A DNA stretch of 64,000 bases from Eledone cirrhosa (taxonomy: Eukaryota), in the NCBI GenBank assembly GCA_964016885.1, contig OZ024754.1, positions 37,634,001 through 37,698,000 of the forward strand, read 5' to 3'. The number at the start of each line of letters is the position of its first letter. Position 1 is the stretch's first letter. Positions 26,281 through 42,679 of the stretch are shown here, piece by piece. The notes below the pieces were generated by a model. That model had not been told where the DNA came from. It did no database searches and worked only from the letters and a program-made list of their open reading frames with translations. The position numbers and the translations under genes were made by a program.

Positions 26281-27057
26281 TAGAATATATTTCTTGAATA
26301 TATCAGGGGCCCACGAAGGCACTAAGTGTCACAGTTATCAGTATCACTTGACCATTGCAATGGAGACGTCCCAGGTTGGGCAGTCTCAAAAGTTCACTCG
26401 AAAGTCACGGGTGTGCATTCACACAGTTGAGCGGTGGGGTAATCACAAACCGGTTCACACCCGGGCAGGAGTCCAATGGTCAACAGAGGTACATCGAAGG
26501 AAGGTAGGAGAATTCACGTGCAGCAGCAAGAGGCAGACAGGTGGGCCGAAAGCAAGCAGGTGCAGGCGGGCTAGCCGAAAGCAAGCAGACACAGTTGGGT
26601 CAGGCGGGTTAATATGCATACTCAACAGCGCATACAAAAGATATATAAAAAATAAAAGATATATAAAAAATAGCTTCAAGAGCCAATATCATAAAGTCAC
26701 CGCATTGGGACATCTCAAGATTATACACACCAATATGTTCAGCACGTATATGCACATATACACACCACATGCATAAGCAGAGACGGTATATATATATATA
26801 TATTTTTATATACAGACATATACAACCACCTACACCCATACACATATAAATGTATACACAGACACACACGCACACACACACAGCGTAGGACACCCGGGTC
26901 AAAGCTGATATTAAACACAGAAATACCACATTAGGCAAGACCCACCACCACGGATAATACATTCAAAATAAATACATACGATGAGATGCAGTAAAATAAA
27001 TCAAATTGAAATCCTACGGAGATAATCATGTCCGCACGTGCCATTGCCCGATTCAAG

Positions 27058-27820
27058 TGTATATATATATATACATATATACACACACATACACATATAT
27101 ATATATATACATATATATATACATATACACATATATATACATACACATACATATATACATACATACACATATATACATATACACATATATATATATACAT
27201 ACATATATATATATATATACACACATATATATATACATACATACATACACATATATATACACACACATATATACATATACACACACATACATATACATAC
27301 ATATATATATATACATACACATATATATATATACATACATACATATACATATACATACATACACATATATATATACATACACACATATATATACATACAT
27401 ACATATATATACATATATATATATATACATACACATACATATACATACACATACATATACATACATATACACATACATATATTTATATATATATACATAC
27501 ATATATATATGCATATATACATACATATATATATATATACATACATATATATATACATACATATATATATATATACACACATACATACATACGTATATAC
27601 ACACATACATACATATATACATATATACATACATATATACATACATATACATATATACACACACACATACATACATACGCATATACATACATACACATAT
27701 ACATACATACATATATACATACACACATATACATACATACATACATGTATACATACATATATATACACACATACACACATACATACACACATACATATAT
27801 ACATACTTACATATATACAT
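27058..27820. repeat. Long degenerate (TA)/(CA)/(TACA) microsatellite
   Basis: Direct inspection; source of the 270-300 aa Y/I/H/T ORF artefacts. Confidence 0.95.
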
Positions 27821-28428
27821 GGTGGCTGCCAACTCGTTTTCGAGTACGGCCACTACTTTATATCCATGTAGGAGAACCCCTACCGATGCGCTGAACGAAT
27901 GTGACTTTTTAGTCCAGCCAGCGACTTGAAAACTCTGGTACAAAGACTACACTTGTGACCATTATTGACACATAGTGCAGGGCCCATGGTACCATGTGAT
28001 GACAAGTGCAGAGAGATCTCCAGATATAAAGCAATGCCTGTGCTGTGAAGCTTTTATAGTGAGCAAAGGCACTGCACAAAGCCAGTCCCACTCTCTTAAC
28101 CAAGATGATATTTACCAAAAAGAAGAACAAGTCAACATCATTGGATACCATCAAGGTTGCAGGTGTTATATCAGAGTTTTCCTTCTCCTAGAATTCTGCC
28201 TTGACAAAGGCTAAGGGGTCATCTCTCCCGGTGATTTTGGATGGCTATTGAGTCTTAAGAGCTCCCTTGCCCTTTGACAGGTTTTGTTTTTAGTCCTGCA
28301 GGATGTCCAAAGTCACCCTCCTCACCAAGAAACCTTGGTGGGGTTGCCAGTTTAGTCGCCAACGACCCGACCATGAGACGGGTTGTACTGGGATACATGT
28401 TACCAGTAGCACCAACTGTTGACCTGAC
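27821..28428 (-). mobile_element. Bipartite RTE-derived non-autonomous element (full ~610 bp)
   Basis: Same as 24793-25403; flanked by (TACA)n. Confidence 0.75.
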
Positions 28429-29798
28429 ATACATACATACATACATACATACATACATACATACATACATACATACATACATACATACATAAAACTTTAT
28501 TCGAATTCGTAGAGATGTCTGACTAAATACATATTTCATTTTACAAGAATCTGTAGTAAGCAGCAAGGCTGAACACAAGGGCAGAAAAATCATTAAGGAA
28601 GTACCGAAGAAAAACGACGAGAAAGGTAAACAAAATTTACATACATACATCTTTTATTCGAATTCATAGAGATACCCGACTAAATACATAATTCATTTTA
28701 CAAGGATTTGCTACAAACGTCATGGCTGAACACAACATCAACAACATTATGGAAGTACTGAACGAAAGCAATGAGAAAGGTAAACAAAATGTACATATAT
28801 ACATACATACATATTTTATACGAGTTCGTAGAGATACACGACTAAATACATTATTTATTTTACAAGGATTTGTTACAAACGTCATGGCTGAACACAACAT
28901 CAACAACATTATGGAATTACCGAACGAAAGCAATGAGAGAGGTAAACAAAATGTACATATATACATACATACATATTTTATACGAGTTCGTAGAGATACA
29001 CGACTAAATACATTATTTATTTTACAAGGATTTGCTACAAACGTCATGGCTGAACACAACATCAACAACATTATGGAAGTACCGAACGAAAGCAATGAGA
29101 AAGGTAAACAAAATGTACATACATACATTCATATTTTATTCGAATTCGTAGAGGTATCCGACTAAATAGATTATTCATTTTACAAGGATTTGCTACAAGC
29201 AGCAAGGCTGAAGACAAGGGCACCAAAATCATTAAGGAGGTACCGAAGAAAAAGGACAAGAAAGGTAAACAAAATTTACATGCATACATACATACATCTT
29301 TTATTCGAATTCGTAGAGATACCCGACTAAATACATAATTCATTATACAAGGATTTGCTACAAAGAGCCTGGCTGAACACATCCTCAGCAATTTTATCGA
29401 AGTGCCGAACGAAAACAATGAGAAAGGTAAACAAAATTTACATACATACATACATATATACATACATACATACATACAGATATACATACATCTTTTATTC
29501 GAATTCGTAGAGGTATCCAACTAAATACATTATTCATTTTACAAGGATTTGCTACAAACAACATGGCTGAACACAGCAAGACCAGCAACATTAAGGAAGC
29601 AATGAAGAAAATCAGCGAGAAAGGTAAACAAAATTTACATACATACACACATACAAAGATCTTTTCGAATTCGAAGAGATATCTGACTAAATACATAATT
29701 CATTTTACAAGAATCTGCTATAATCAGCAAGGCTGAACACAAGGGCACCAAAATCATTAAAGAAGTACCGAAGAAAACCGACAAGAAAGCTAAACAAA

Positions 29799-29831
<33 letters not shown>

Positions 29832-31293
29832 CATACATACATACATACATACATACATACATACATACATACATACATACATACATACATACATACATAC
29901 AAACATACATAAAACTTTATTCGAATTCGTAGAGATGTCTGACTAAATACATATTTCATTTTACAAGAATCTGTAATAAGCAGCAAGGCTGAACACAAGG
30001 GCAGAAAAGTCATTAAGGAAGTACCGAAGAAAAACGACGAGAAAGGTAAACAAAATGTACATACATACATACATTTTTTAATCGAATTCGTAGAGGTATC
30101 CGACTAAATAGATTATTCATTCTACAAGGATTTGCTACAAGGAGCCAGGCAGAACACACCCTCAACAACATTATGGAAGTACCGATCGAAAATAATGAGA
30201 AAGGTAAACAAAATATACATACATACATACATCCATCGTTTATTCGAATTTGAAGAGATACCCGACTAAATACATAATTTATTTTACAAGGATTTGCTAC
30301 AAACGTCATGGCTGAACACAACATCAACAACATTATGGAAGTACCGAACGAAAGCAATGAGAAAGGTAAACAAAATGTACAGACATACATACATATTTTA
30401 TTCGAATTCGTAGAGGTATCCGACTAAATACATAATTCATTTTACAAGGATTTCCTACAAAGAGCCAGGCTGAACAAATCCTCAACAACATTATGGATGT
30501 ACCAATCGAAATCAATGAGAAAGGTAAACAAAATTTACATACATACATACATCTTTTATTCAAATTCGTAGAGGTATCCGACTAAATACATTATTCATTT
30601 TACAAGGATATGCTACAAGCAGCAAGGCTGAACACAAGGACACCAAAATAATTGAGGAAGTACCGAAAAAAAAGGACAAGAAAGGTAAACATAATTTACA
30701 TACATACATACATCTTTTATTCGAATTCGTATAGATACCCGTCTAAATACATAATTCATTTTACAAGGATTTGCTACAAAGAGCCTGGCTGAACACATCC
30801 TCAGCAATTTTGTCGAAGTACCGAACGAAAACAATGAGAAAGGTAAACAAAATTTACATACATACATACATACATACATATATACATACATACATACATA
30901 CGTACATACATACATACATACATCTTTTATTCGAATTCGTAGAGGTATCCAACTAAATACATTATTCATTTTACAAGGATTTGCTACAAACAACATGGCT
31001 GAACACAGCAAGACCAGCAACATTAAGGAAGCAATGAAGAAAATCAACGAGAAAGGTAAACAAAATTTATATACATACATACATACAAACATCTTTTCGA
31101 ATTCGTAGAGATATCTGACTAAATACATAATTCATTTTACAAGAATCTGCTATAATCAGCAAGGCTGAACACAAGGGCACCAAAATCATTAAAGAAGTAC
31201 CGAAGAAAAACGACAAGAAAGCTAAACAAAATTTACATAAATACATACATACATACATACATACATACATACATACATACATACATACATACA

Positions 31294-31327
<34 letters not shown>

Positions 31328-32190
31328 CATACATACATACATATATACATAAAACTTTATTCGAATTCGTAGAGATGTCTGACTAAATACATATTTCATT
31401 GTACAAGAATCTGTAATAAGCAGCAAGGCTGAACACAAGGGCAGAAAAATCATTAAGGAAGTACTGAAGAAAAACGACGAGAAAGGTAAGCAAAATTTAC
31501 ATACATACATACATCTTTTATTCGAATTCATAGATATACACGACTAAATACATCATTCATTTTACAAGGATTTGCTACAAAGAGCATGGCTGAACACATC
31601 CCCAGCAACATTATCGAAGTACCGAACGAAAACAATGAGAAAGGTAAACAAAATGTACATACATACATACATCTTTTAATCGAATTCGTAGAGGTATCCG
31701 ACTAAATAGATTATTCATTTTACAAGGATTTGCTACAAAGAGCCAGGCAGAACACACCCTCAACAACATTATGGAAGTACCGATCGAAAGTAATGAGAAA
31801 GGTGAACAAAATATACATACATACATACATACATATTTTATTAGAATTTGAAGAGATACCCGACTAAATACATAATTTATTTTACAAGGATTTGCTACAA
31901 ACGTCATGGCTGAACACAACATCAACAACATTATGGAAGTACTGAACGAAAGCAATGAGAAAGGTAAACAAAATGTACATATATACATACATACATCTTT
32001 TATACGAATTCGTAGAGATACACGACTAAATACATAATTCATTTTACAAGGATTTGCTACAAAGAGCCTGGCTGAACAAATCCTCAACAACATTATGGAT
32101 GTACCGATCGAAATCAATGAGAAAGGTAAACAAAATATACATACATACATACATACATACATACATACATACATACATACATACATACAT

Positions 32191-32593
32191 GGTGGCTGCC
32201 AACTCGTTTTCGAGTACGGCCACTACTTTATATCCATGTAGGAGAACCCCGACCGATGCGCAGAACGAGTGTGACTTTTTAGTCCAGCCAGCGACTTGAA
32301 AACTGTGGTACAAACACTACACTTGTGACAATTATTGACACATAGTGCTGGGCCCATGGTACCATGTGACGGCAAGTGCAGAGAGATCTCCAGATATAAA
32401 GCAATGCCTGTGCTATGAAGCTTTTATAGTGAGCAAAGGCACTGCACAAAGCCAGTCCCACTCTCTTAACCAAGATGATATTTACCAAAAAGAAGAACAA
32501 GTCAACATCATTGGATACCATCAGGGTTGCAGGTGTTATATCAGAGTTTTCCTTCTCCTAGAATTCTGCTTTGACAAAGGCTAAGGGGTCATC

Positions 32594-32594
<1 letters not shown>
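32191..32594 (-). mobile_element. Bipartite RTE-derived element, 5'-truncated
   Basis: Same 3' end, stops at ctaaggggtcatct; within (TACA)n. Confidence 0.75.
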
Positions 32595-32624
<30 letters not shown>

Positions 32625-33846
32625 CATACATACATACATACATACATACATAAAAACATACAAACAGATATACATACATCTTTTATTCGAATTCGTAGAG
32701 ATATCCAACTAAGTACATTATTCATTTTACAAGGATTTGCTACAAACAACATGGCTGAACACAGCAAGACCAGCAATATTAAGGAAGCAATGAAGAAAAT
32801 CAGCGAGAAGGGTAAACAAAATTTACATACATACATACATACAAACATCTTTTCGAATTCGTAGAGATATCTGACTAAATACATAATTCATTTTACAAGA
32901 ATATGCTATAATCAGCAAGGCTGAACACAAGGGCACCAAAATCATTAAAGAAGTACCGAAGAAAAACAACAAGAAAGCTAAACAAAATTTACATATATAG
33001 ATACATACATACATACATACATACATACATACATACATACATACATACATACATACATACATACATACATACATACATACATACATACATACATACATAC
33101 ATGCACACATACATACATACATACATACATAATACATACATAAATCTTTATTCGAATTAGTAGAGATGTCTGACTAAATACATATTTCATTTTACAAGAA
33201 TCTGTAATAAGCAGCGAGGCTGAACACAAGGGCAGAAAAATCATTAAGGAAGTACCGAAGAAAAACGACGAGAAAGGTAAATTAAATTTACATACATACA
33301 TACATCTTTTATTGGAATTCATAGAGATACCCGACTAAATACATAATTCATTTTACAAGGATTTGCCACAAAACGCCTGGCTGAAAACATCCTCAGCAAC
33401 ATTATCGAAGTACCGAAAGAAAACAATGAGAAAGGTAAACAAAATTTACATACATACATACATACGTACATACATACATACATACATACATACATACATA
33501 CATACATACATACATACATACATACATACAGATATACATACATCTTTTATTCGAATTCGTAGAGGTATCCGACTAAATACATTATTCATTTTACAAGGAT
33601 TTGCTACAAGCAGCAAGGCTGAAGACAAGTGCACCAAAATCATTAAGGAAGTAACGAAGAAAAAGGACAAGAAAGGTAAACAAAATTTACATGCATACAT
33701 ACATACATCTTTTATTCGAATTCGTAGAGATACCCGACTAAATACATAATTCATTATACAAGGATTTGCTACAAAGAGCCTGGCTGAACACATCCTCAGC
33801 AATTTTATCGAAGTACCGAACGAAAACAATGAGAGAGGTAAACAAA

Positions 33847-33878
<32 letters not shown>

Positions 33879-36800
33879 CTTTTATTCGAATTCGTAGAGG
33901 TATCCAACTGAATACATTATTCATTTTACAAGGATTTGCTACAAACAACATGGCTGAACACAGCAATACCAGCAACATTAAGGAAGCAATGAAGAAAATC
34001 AGCGAGAAAGGTAAACAAAATTTACATACATACATACATACAAACATCTTTTCGAATTCGTAGAGATATCTGAGTAAATACATAATTCATTTTACAAGAA
34101 TCTGCTATAATCAGCAAGGCTGAACAGAAGGGCACCAATATCATTAAAGAAGTACCGAAGAAAAACGACAAGAGAGCTAAACAAAATTTACATAAATACA
34201 TACATACATACGTACATACATACATACATACATACATACATACATACATACATACATACATACATACATACATACATAAAACTTTATTCGAATTCGTAGA
34301 GATGTCTGTCTAAATACATATTTCATTTTACAAGAATCTGTAATAAGCAGCAAGGCTGAACACAAGGGCAGAAAAATCATTAAGGAAGTACTGAAGAAAA
34401 ACGACGAGAAAGGTAAACAAAATTTACATACATACATCTTTTATTCGAATTCATAGAGATACCCGACTAAATACATAATTCATTTTACAAGGATTTGCTA
34501 CAAAGAGCCTGGCTGAACACATCCTCAGCAACATTATCGAAGTACCGAACGAAAACAATGAGAAAGGTAAACAAAATGTACATACATACATACATCTTTT
34601 AATCGAATTCGTAGACGTATCCGACTAAATAGATTATTCATTTTACAAGGATTTGCTACAAAGAGCCAGGCAGAACACACCCTCAACAACATTATGGAAG
34701 TACCGATCGAAAATAATGAGAAAGGTAAACAAAATATACATACATACATACATACATATTTTATTCGAATTTGAAGAGATACCCGACTAAATACATAATT
34801 TATTTTACAAGGATTTGCTACAAACGTCATGGCTGAACACAACATCAACAACATTATGGAAGTACCGAACGAAAGCAATGAGAAAGGTAAACAAAATGTA
34901 CATATATACATACATACATCTTTTATACGAATTCGTAGAGATACACGACTAAATACATTATTTATTTTACAAGGATTTGCTACAAACGTCATGGCTGAAG
35001 ACAACATCAACAACATTATGGAAGTACCGAACGAAAGCAATGAGAAAGGTAAACAAAATGTACATACATACATACATATTTTATTCGAATTCGTAGAGGT
35101 ATCCGACTAAATACATAATTCATTTTACAAGGATTTGCTACAAAGAGCCTGGCTGAACAAATCCTCAACAACATTATGGATGTACCGATCGAAATCAATG
35201 AGAAAGGTAAACAAAATTTACATATATACATACATACATACATACATACATACATACATACATACTTACATACATACATACATAAAAACATACATACAGA
35301 TATACATACATCTTTTATTCGAATTCGTAGAGGTATCCAACTAAATACATTATTCATTTTACAAGGATTTGCTACAAACAACATGGCTGAACACAGCAAG
35401 ACCAGCAATATTAAGGAAGCAATGAAGAAAATCAGCGAGAAGGGTAAACAAAATTTACATACATACATACAAACATCTTTTCGAATTCGTAGAGATATCT
35501 GACTAAATACATAATTCATTTTACAAGAATCTGCTATAATCAGCAAGGCTGAACACAAGGGCACCAAAATCATTAAAGAAGTACTGAAGAAAAACGACAA
35601 GAAAGCTAAACAAAATTTACATAAATACATACATACATACATACATACATACATACATACATACATACATACATACATACATACATACATACATACATAC
35701 ATACATACATAAATCTTTATTCGAATTCGTAGAGATGTCTGACTAAATACATATTTCATTTTACAAGAATCTGTAATAAGCAGCGAGGCTGAACACAAGG
35801 GCAGAAAAATCATTAAGGAAGTACCCAAGAAAAACGACGAGAAAGGTAAACAAAATTTACATACATACATGCATCTTTTATTCGAATTCACAGAGATACC
35901 CGACTAAATACATAATTCATCTTACAAGGATTTGCTACAAAGAGACTGGCTGAACACATCCTCAGCAACATTATCGAAGTACCGAACGAAAACAAGGAGA
36001 AAGATAAACAAAATTTACATACATACATACATACGTACATACATACATACATACATACATACATACATACATACATACATACATACATACATACATCTTT
36101 TATTCGAATTCGTAGAGGTATCCAACTAAATACATTATTCATTTTACAAGGATTTGCTACAAACAACATGGCTGAACACAACAAGACCAGCAACATTAAG
36201 GAAGCAATGAAGAAAATCAGCGAGAAAGGTAAACAAAATTTACATACATACACACATACAAACATCTTTTCGAATTCTAAGAGATATCTGACTAAATACA
36301 TAATTCATTTTACAAGAATCTGCTATAATCAGCAAGGCTGAATACAAGGGCACCAAAATCATTAAAGAAGTACCGAAGAAAAACGACAAGAAAGCTAAAC
36401 AAAATTGACATAAATACATACATACATACATACATACATACATACATACATACATACATACATACATACATACATACATACATACATACATACATACATA
36501 CATACATACATAAATCTTTATTCGAATTCGTAGAGATGTCTGACTAAATACATATTTCATTTTACAAGAATCTGTAATAAGCAGCGAGGCTGAACACAAG
36601 GGCAGAAAAATCATTAAGGAAGTACCGAAGAAAAACGACGTGATAGGTAAATTAAATTTACATGCATACATACATCTTTTATTGGAATTCATAGAGATAC
36701 CCGACTAAATACATAATTCATTTTACAAGGATTTGCTACAAAATGCCTGGCTGAACACATCCTCAGCAACATTATCGAAGTACCGAAAGAAAACAATGAG

Positions 36801-37204
36801 AAAGGTAAACAAAATTTACATACATACATACATACGTACATACATACATACATACATACATACATACATACATACATACATACATACAGATATACATACA
36901 TATTTTATTCGAATTCGTAGAGGTATCCGACTAAATACATTATTAATTTTACAAGGATTTGCTACAAGCAGCAAGGCTGAAGACAAAGGCACCAAAATCA
37001 TTAAGGAAGTACCGAAGAAAAAGGACAAGAAAGGTAAACAAAATTTACATGCATACATACATACATCTTATATTCGAATTCGTAGAGATACCCGACTAAA
37101 TACATAATTCATTATACAAGGATTTGCTACAAAGAGCCTGGCTGAACACATCCTCAGCAATTTTATCGAAGTACCGAACGAAAACAAGGAGAAAGGTAAA
37201 CAAA

Positions 37205-37235
<31 letters not shown>

Positions 37236-37555
37236 GATATACATACATATTTTATTCGAATTCGTAGAGGTATCCAACTAAATACATTATTCATTTTACA
37301 AGGATTTGCTACAAACAACATGGCTGAACACAGCAAGAGCAGCAACATTATGGAAGCAATGAAGAAAATCAGCGAGAAAGGTAAACAAAATTTACATACA
37401 TACATACATACAAAGATCTTTTCGAATTCGTAGAGATATCTGACTAAATACATAATCCATTTTACAAGAATCTACTATAACCAGCAAGGCTGAACACAAG
37501 GGCACCAAAATCATTAAAGAAGTACCGAAGAAAAACGACAAGAAAGCTAAACAAA

Positions 37556-37588
<33 letters not shown>

Positions 37589-37953
37589 CATACATACATA
37601 CATACATACATACATACATACATACATAAATACATACATACATACATACATAAAACTTTATTCGAATTCGTAGAGATGTCTGACTAAATACATATTTCAT
37701 TTTACAAGAATCTGTAATAAGCAGCGAGGCTGAACACAAGGGCAGAAAAATCATTAAGGAAGTACCCAAGAAAAACGACGAGAAAGGTAAACAAAATTTA
37801 CATACATACATGCATCTTTTATTCGAATTCACAGAGATACCCGACTAAATACATAATTCATCTTACAAGGATTTGCTACAAAGAGCCTGGCTGAACACAT
37901 CCTCAGCAACATTATCGAAGTACCGAACGAAAACAAGGAGAAAGATAAACAAA

Positions 37954-37985
<32 letters not shown>

Positions 37986-38690
37986 CTTTTATTCGAATTC
38001 GTAGAGGTATCCAACTAAATACATTATTCATTTTACAAGGATTTGCTACAAACAACATGGCTGAACACAGCAAGACCAGCAACATTAAGGAAGCAATGAA
38101 GAAAATCAGCGAGAAAGGTAAACAAAATTTACATACATACACACATACAAACATCCTTTCGAATTCTAAGATATATCTGACTAAATACATAATTCATTTT
38201 ACAAGAATCTGCTATAATCAGCAAGGCTGAACACAAGGGCACCAAAATCATTAAAGAAGTACCGAAGAAAAACGACAAGAAAGCTAAACAAAATTGACAT
38301 AAATACATACATACATACATACATACATACATACATACATACATACATACATACATACATACATACATACATACATACATACATACATAAATCTTTATTC
38401 GAATTCGTAGAGATGTCTGACTAAATACATATTTCATTTTACAAGAATCTGTAATAAGCAGCGAGGCTGAACACAAGGGCAGAAAAATCATTAAGGAAGT
38501 ACCGAAGAAAAACGACGAGATAGGTAAATTAAATTTACATGCATACTTACATCTTTTATTGGAATTCATAGAGATACCCGACTAAATACATAATTCATTT
38601 TACAAGGATTTGCTACAAAACGCCTGGCTGAACACATCCTCAGCAACATTATCGAAGTACCGAAAGAAAACAATGAGAAAGGTAAACAAA

Positions 38691-38723
<33 letters not shown>

Positions 38724-39101
38724 CATACATACATACATACATACATACATACATACATACATACATACATACATACATACATACAGATATACATACATAT
38801 TTTATTCGAATTCGTAGAGGTATCCGACTAAATACATTATTCATTTTACAAGGATTTGCTACAAGCAGCAAGGCTGAAGACAAAGGCACCAAAATCATTA
38901 AGGAAGTACCGAAGAAAAAGGACAAGAAAGGTAAACAAAATTTACATGCATACATACATACATCTTATATTCGAATTCGTAGAGATACCCGACTAAATAC
39001 ATAATTCATTATACAAGGATTTGCTACAAAGAGCCTGGCTGAACACATCCTCAGCAATTTTATCGAAGTACCGAACGAAAACAATGAGAAAGGTAAACAA
39101 A

Positions 39102-39134
<33 letters not shown>

Positions 39135-39456
39135 CAGATATACATACATCTTTTATTCGAATTCGTAGAGGTATCCAACTAAATACATTATTCATTTTAC
39201 AAGGATTTGCTACAAACAACATGGCTGAACACAGCAAGAGCAGCAACATTATGGAAGCAATGAAGAAAATCAGCGAGAAAGGTAAACAAAATTTACATAC
39301 ATACATACATACAAAGATCTTTTCGAATTGGTAGAGATATCTGACTAAATACATAATCCATTTTACAAGAATCTGCTATAAGCAGCAAGGCTGAACACAA
39401 GGGCACCAAAATCATTAAAGAAGTACGGAAGAAAAACGACAAGAAAGCTAAACAAA

Positions 39457-39489
<33 letters not shown>

Positions 39490-42019
39490 CATACATACAT
39501 ACATACATACATACATACATACATACATACATACATACATACATAAAACTTTATTCGAATATGTAGAGATGTCTGACTAAATACATATTTCATTTTACAA
39601 GAATCTGTAATAAGCAGCAAGGCTGAACACAAGGGCAGAAAAATCATTAAGGAAGTACCGAAGAAAAACGACGAGAAAGGTAAACAAAATTTACATACAT
39701 ACATCTTTTATTCGAATTCATAGAGATACCCGACTAAATACATAATTCATTTTACAAGGATTTGCTACAAAGAGCGTGGCTGAACACATCCTCAGCAACA
39801 TTATCGAAGTACCGAACGAAAACAATGAGAAAGGTAAACAAAATGTACATACATACATACATCTTTTATTCGAATTCATAGAGATACCCGACTAAATAGA
39901 TTATTCATTTTACAAGGATTTGCTACAAAGCGCCTGGCTGAACACATCCTCAGCAACATTATCGAAGTACCGAAAGAAAACAATGAGAAAGGTAAACAAA
40001 ATTTACATACATACATACGTACATACGTACATACATACATACATACATCTTTTATTCGAATTTGAAGAGATACCCGACTAAATACATAATTTATTTTACA
40101 AGGATTTGCTACAAACGTCATGGCTGAACACAACATCAACAACATTATGGAAGTTCCGAACGAAAGCAATGAGAAAGGTAAAAAAAATGTACATATATAC
40201 ATACATACATCTTTTATACGAATTCGTAGAGATACACGACTAAATACATTATTTATTTTAGAAGGATTTGCTACATACGTCATGGCTGAACACAACATCA
40301 ACAACATTATGGAAGTACCGAACGAAAGCAATGAGAAAGGTAAACAAAATTTACATACATACATACATCTTTTATTCGAATTCATAGAGATACCCGACTA
40401 AATACATAATTCATTTTACAAGGATTTGCTACAAAGCGCCTGGCTGAACACATCCTCAGCAACATTATCGAAGTACCGAAAGAAAACAATGAGAAAGGTA
40501 AACAAAATTTACATACATACATACGTACATACGTACATACATACATACATACATAAATACATACATACATACAGATATACATACATCTTTTATTCGAATT
40601 CGTAGAGGTATCCAACAAAATACATTATTCATTTTACAAGGATTTGCTACAAATAACATGGCTGAACACAGCAAGACCAGCAACATTAAGGAAGCAATGA
40701 AGAAAATCAGCGAGAGTGGTAAACAAAATTTACATACATACATACAAACATCTTTTCGAATTCGGAGAGATATCTGACTAAATACATAATTCATTTTACA
40801 AGAATCTGCTATAATCAGAAAGGCTGAACACAAGGGCACCAAAATCATTAAAGAAGTACCGAAGAAAAAGACAAGAAAGCTAAACAAAATTGACATACAT
40901 ACATACATACATACATACATACATACATACATACATACATACATACATACATAATACATACATAAATCTTTATTCGAATTCGTAGAGATGTCTGACTAAA
41001 TACATATTTCATTTTACCAGAATCTGTAATAAGCAGCAAGGCTGAACACAAGGGCAGAAAAATCATTAAGGAAGTAACGAAGAAAAACGACGAGATAGGT
41101 AAATTAAATTTACATGCATACATACATCTTTTATTGGAATTCATAGAAATACCCGACTAAATACATAATTCATTTTACAAGGATTTGCTACAAAACGCCT
41201 GGCTGAACACATCCTCAGCAACATTATCGAAGTACCGAAAGAAAACAATGAGAAAGGTAAACAAAATTTACATACATACATACATACGTACATACATACA
41301 TACATACATACATACATACATACATACATACTTACATACATACAGATATACATACATATTTTATTCGAATTCGTGGAGGTATCCGACTAAATACATTATT
41401 CATTTTACAAGGATTTGCTACAAGCAGCAAGGCTGAAGACAAAGGCACCAAAATCATTAAGGAAGTACCGAAGAAAAAGGACAAGAAAGGTAAACAAAAT
41501 TTAAATGCATACATACATACATCTTTTATTCGAATTCGTAGAGATACCCGACTAAATACATAATTCATTATACAAGGATTTGCTACAAAGAGCCTGGCTG
41601 AACACATCCTCAGCAATTTTATCGAAGTACCGAACGAAAACAATGAGAAAGGTAAACAAAATTTACATACATACAATCATACATAGATACATACATACAG
41701 ATATACATACATCTTTTATTCGAATTCGTAGAGGTATCCAACTAAATACATTATTCATTTTACAAGGATTTGCTACAAACAACATGGCTGAACACAGCAA
41801 GACCAGCAACATTATGGAAGCAATGAAGAAAATAAGCGAGAAAGGTAAACAAAATTTACATACATACATACATACAAAGATCTTTTCGAATTCGTAGAGA
41901 TATCTGACTAAATACATAATTCAATTTACAAGAATCTGCTATAATCAGCAAGGCTGAACACAAGGCCGCCAAAATCATTAAAGAAGTACCGAAGAAAAAC
42001 GACAAGAAAGCTAAACAAA

Positions 42020-42052
<33 letters not shown>

Positions 42053-42071
42053 CATACATACATACATACAT

Positions 42072-42679
42072 GGTGGCTGCCAACTCGTTTTCGAGTACGG
42101 CCACTACTTTATATCCATGTAGGAGAACCCCTACCGATGCGCTGAACGAGTGTGAATTTTTAGTCCAGCCAGCGACTTGAAAACTCTGGTACAAACACTA
42201 CACTTGTGACAATTACTGACACATAGTGCTGGGCCCATGGTACCATGTGACGACAAGTGCAGAGAGATCTCCAGATATAAAGCAATGCCTGTGCCGTGAA
42301 GCTTTTATAGTGAGCAAAGGCACTGCACAAAGCCAGTCCCACTCTCTTAACCAAGATGATATTTACCAAAAAGAAGAACAAGTCAACATCATTGGATACC
42401 ATCAGGGTTGCAGGTGTTATATCAGAGTTTTCCTTCTCCTAGAATTCTGCCTTGACAAAGGCTAAGGGGTCATCTCTCCCGGTGATTTTGGATGGCCATT
42501 GACTCTTAAGAGCTCCTTTGCCCTTTGACAGGTTTTGTTTTTAGTCCTGCAGGATGTCCAAAGTCACCCTCCTCACCAAGAAACCTTGGTGGGGTTGCCA
42601 GTTTAGTCGCCAACGACCCGACCATGGGACAGGTTGTACTGGGATACATGTTACCAGTAGCACCAACTGGTGACCTGAC
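42072..42679 (-). mobile_element. Bipartite RTE-derived element (full)
   Basis: Same family; within (TACA)n. Confidence 0.75.

Noticed and set aside
26294-26776. 160-aa ORF
   Set aside because: Non-ATG start, no recognisable domain or splice context.
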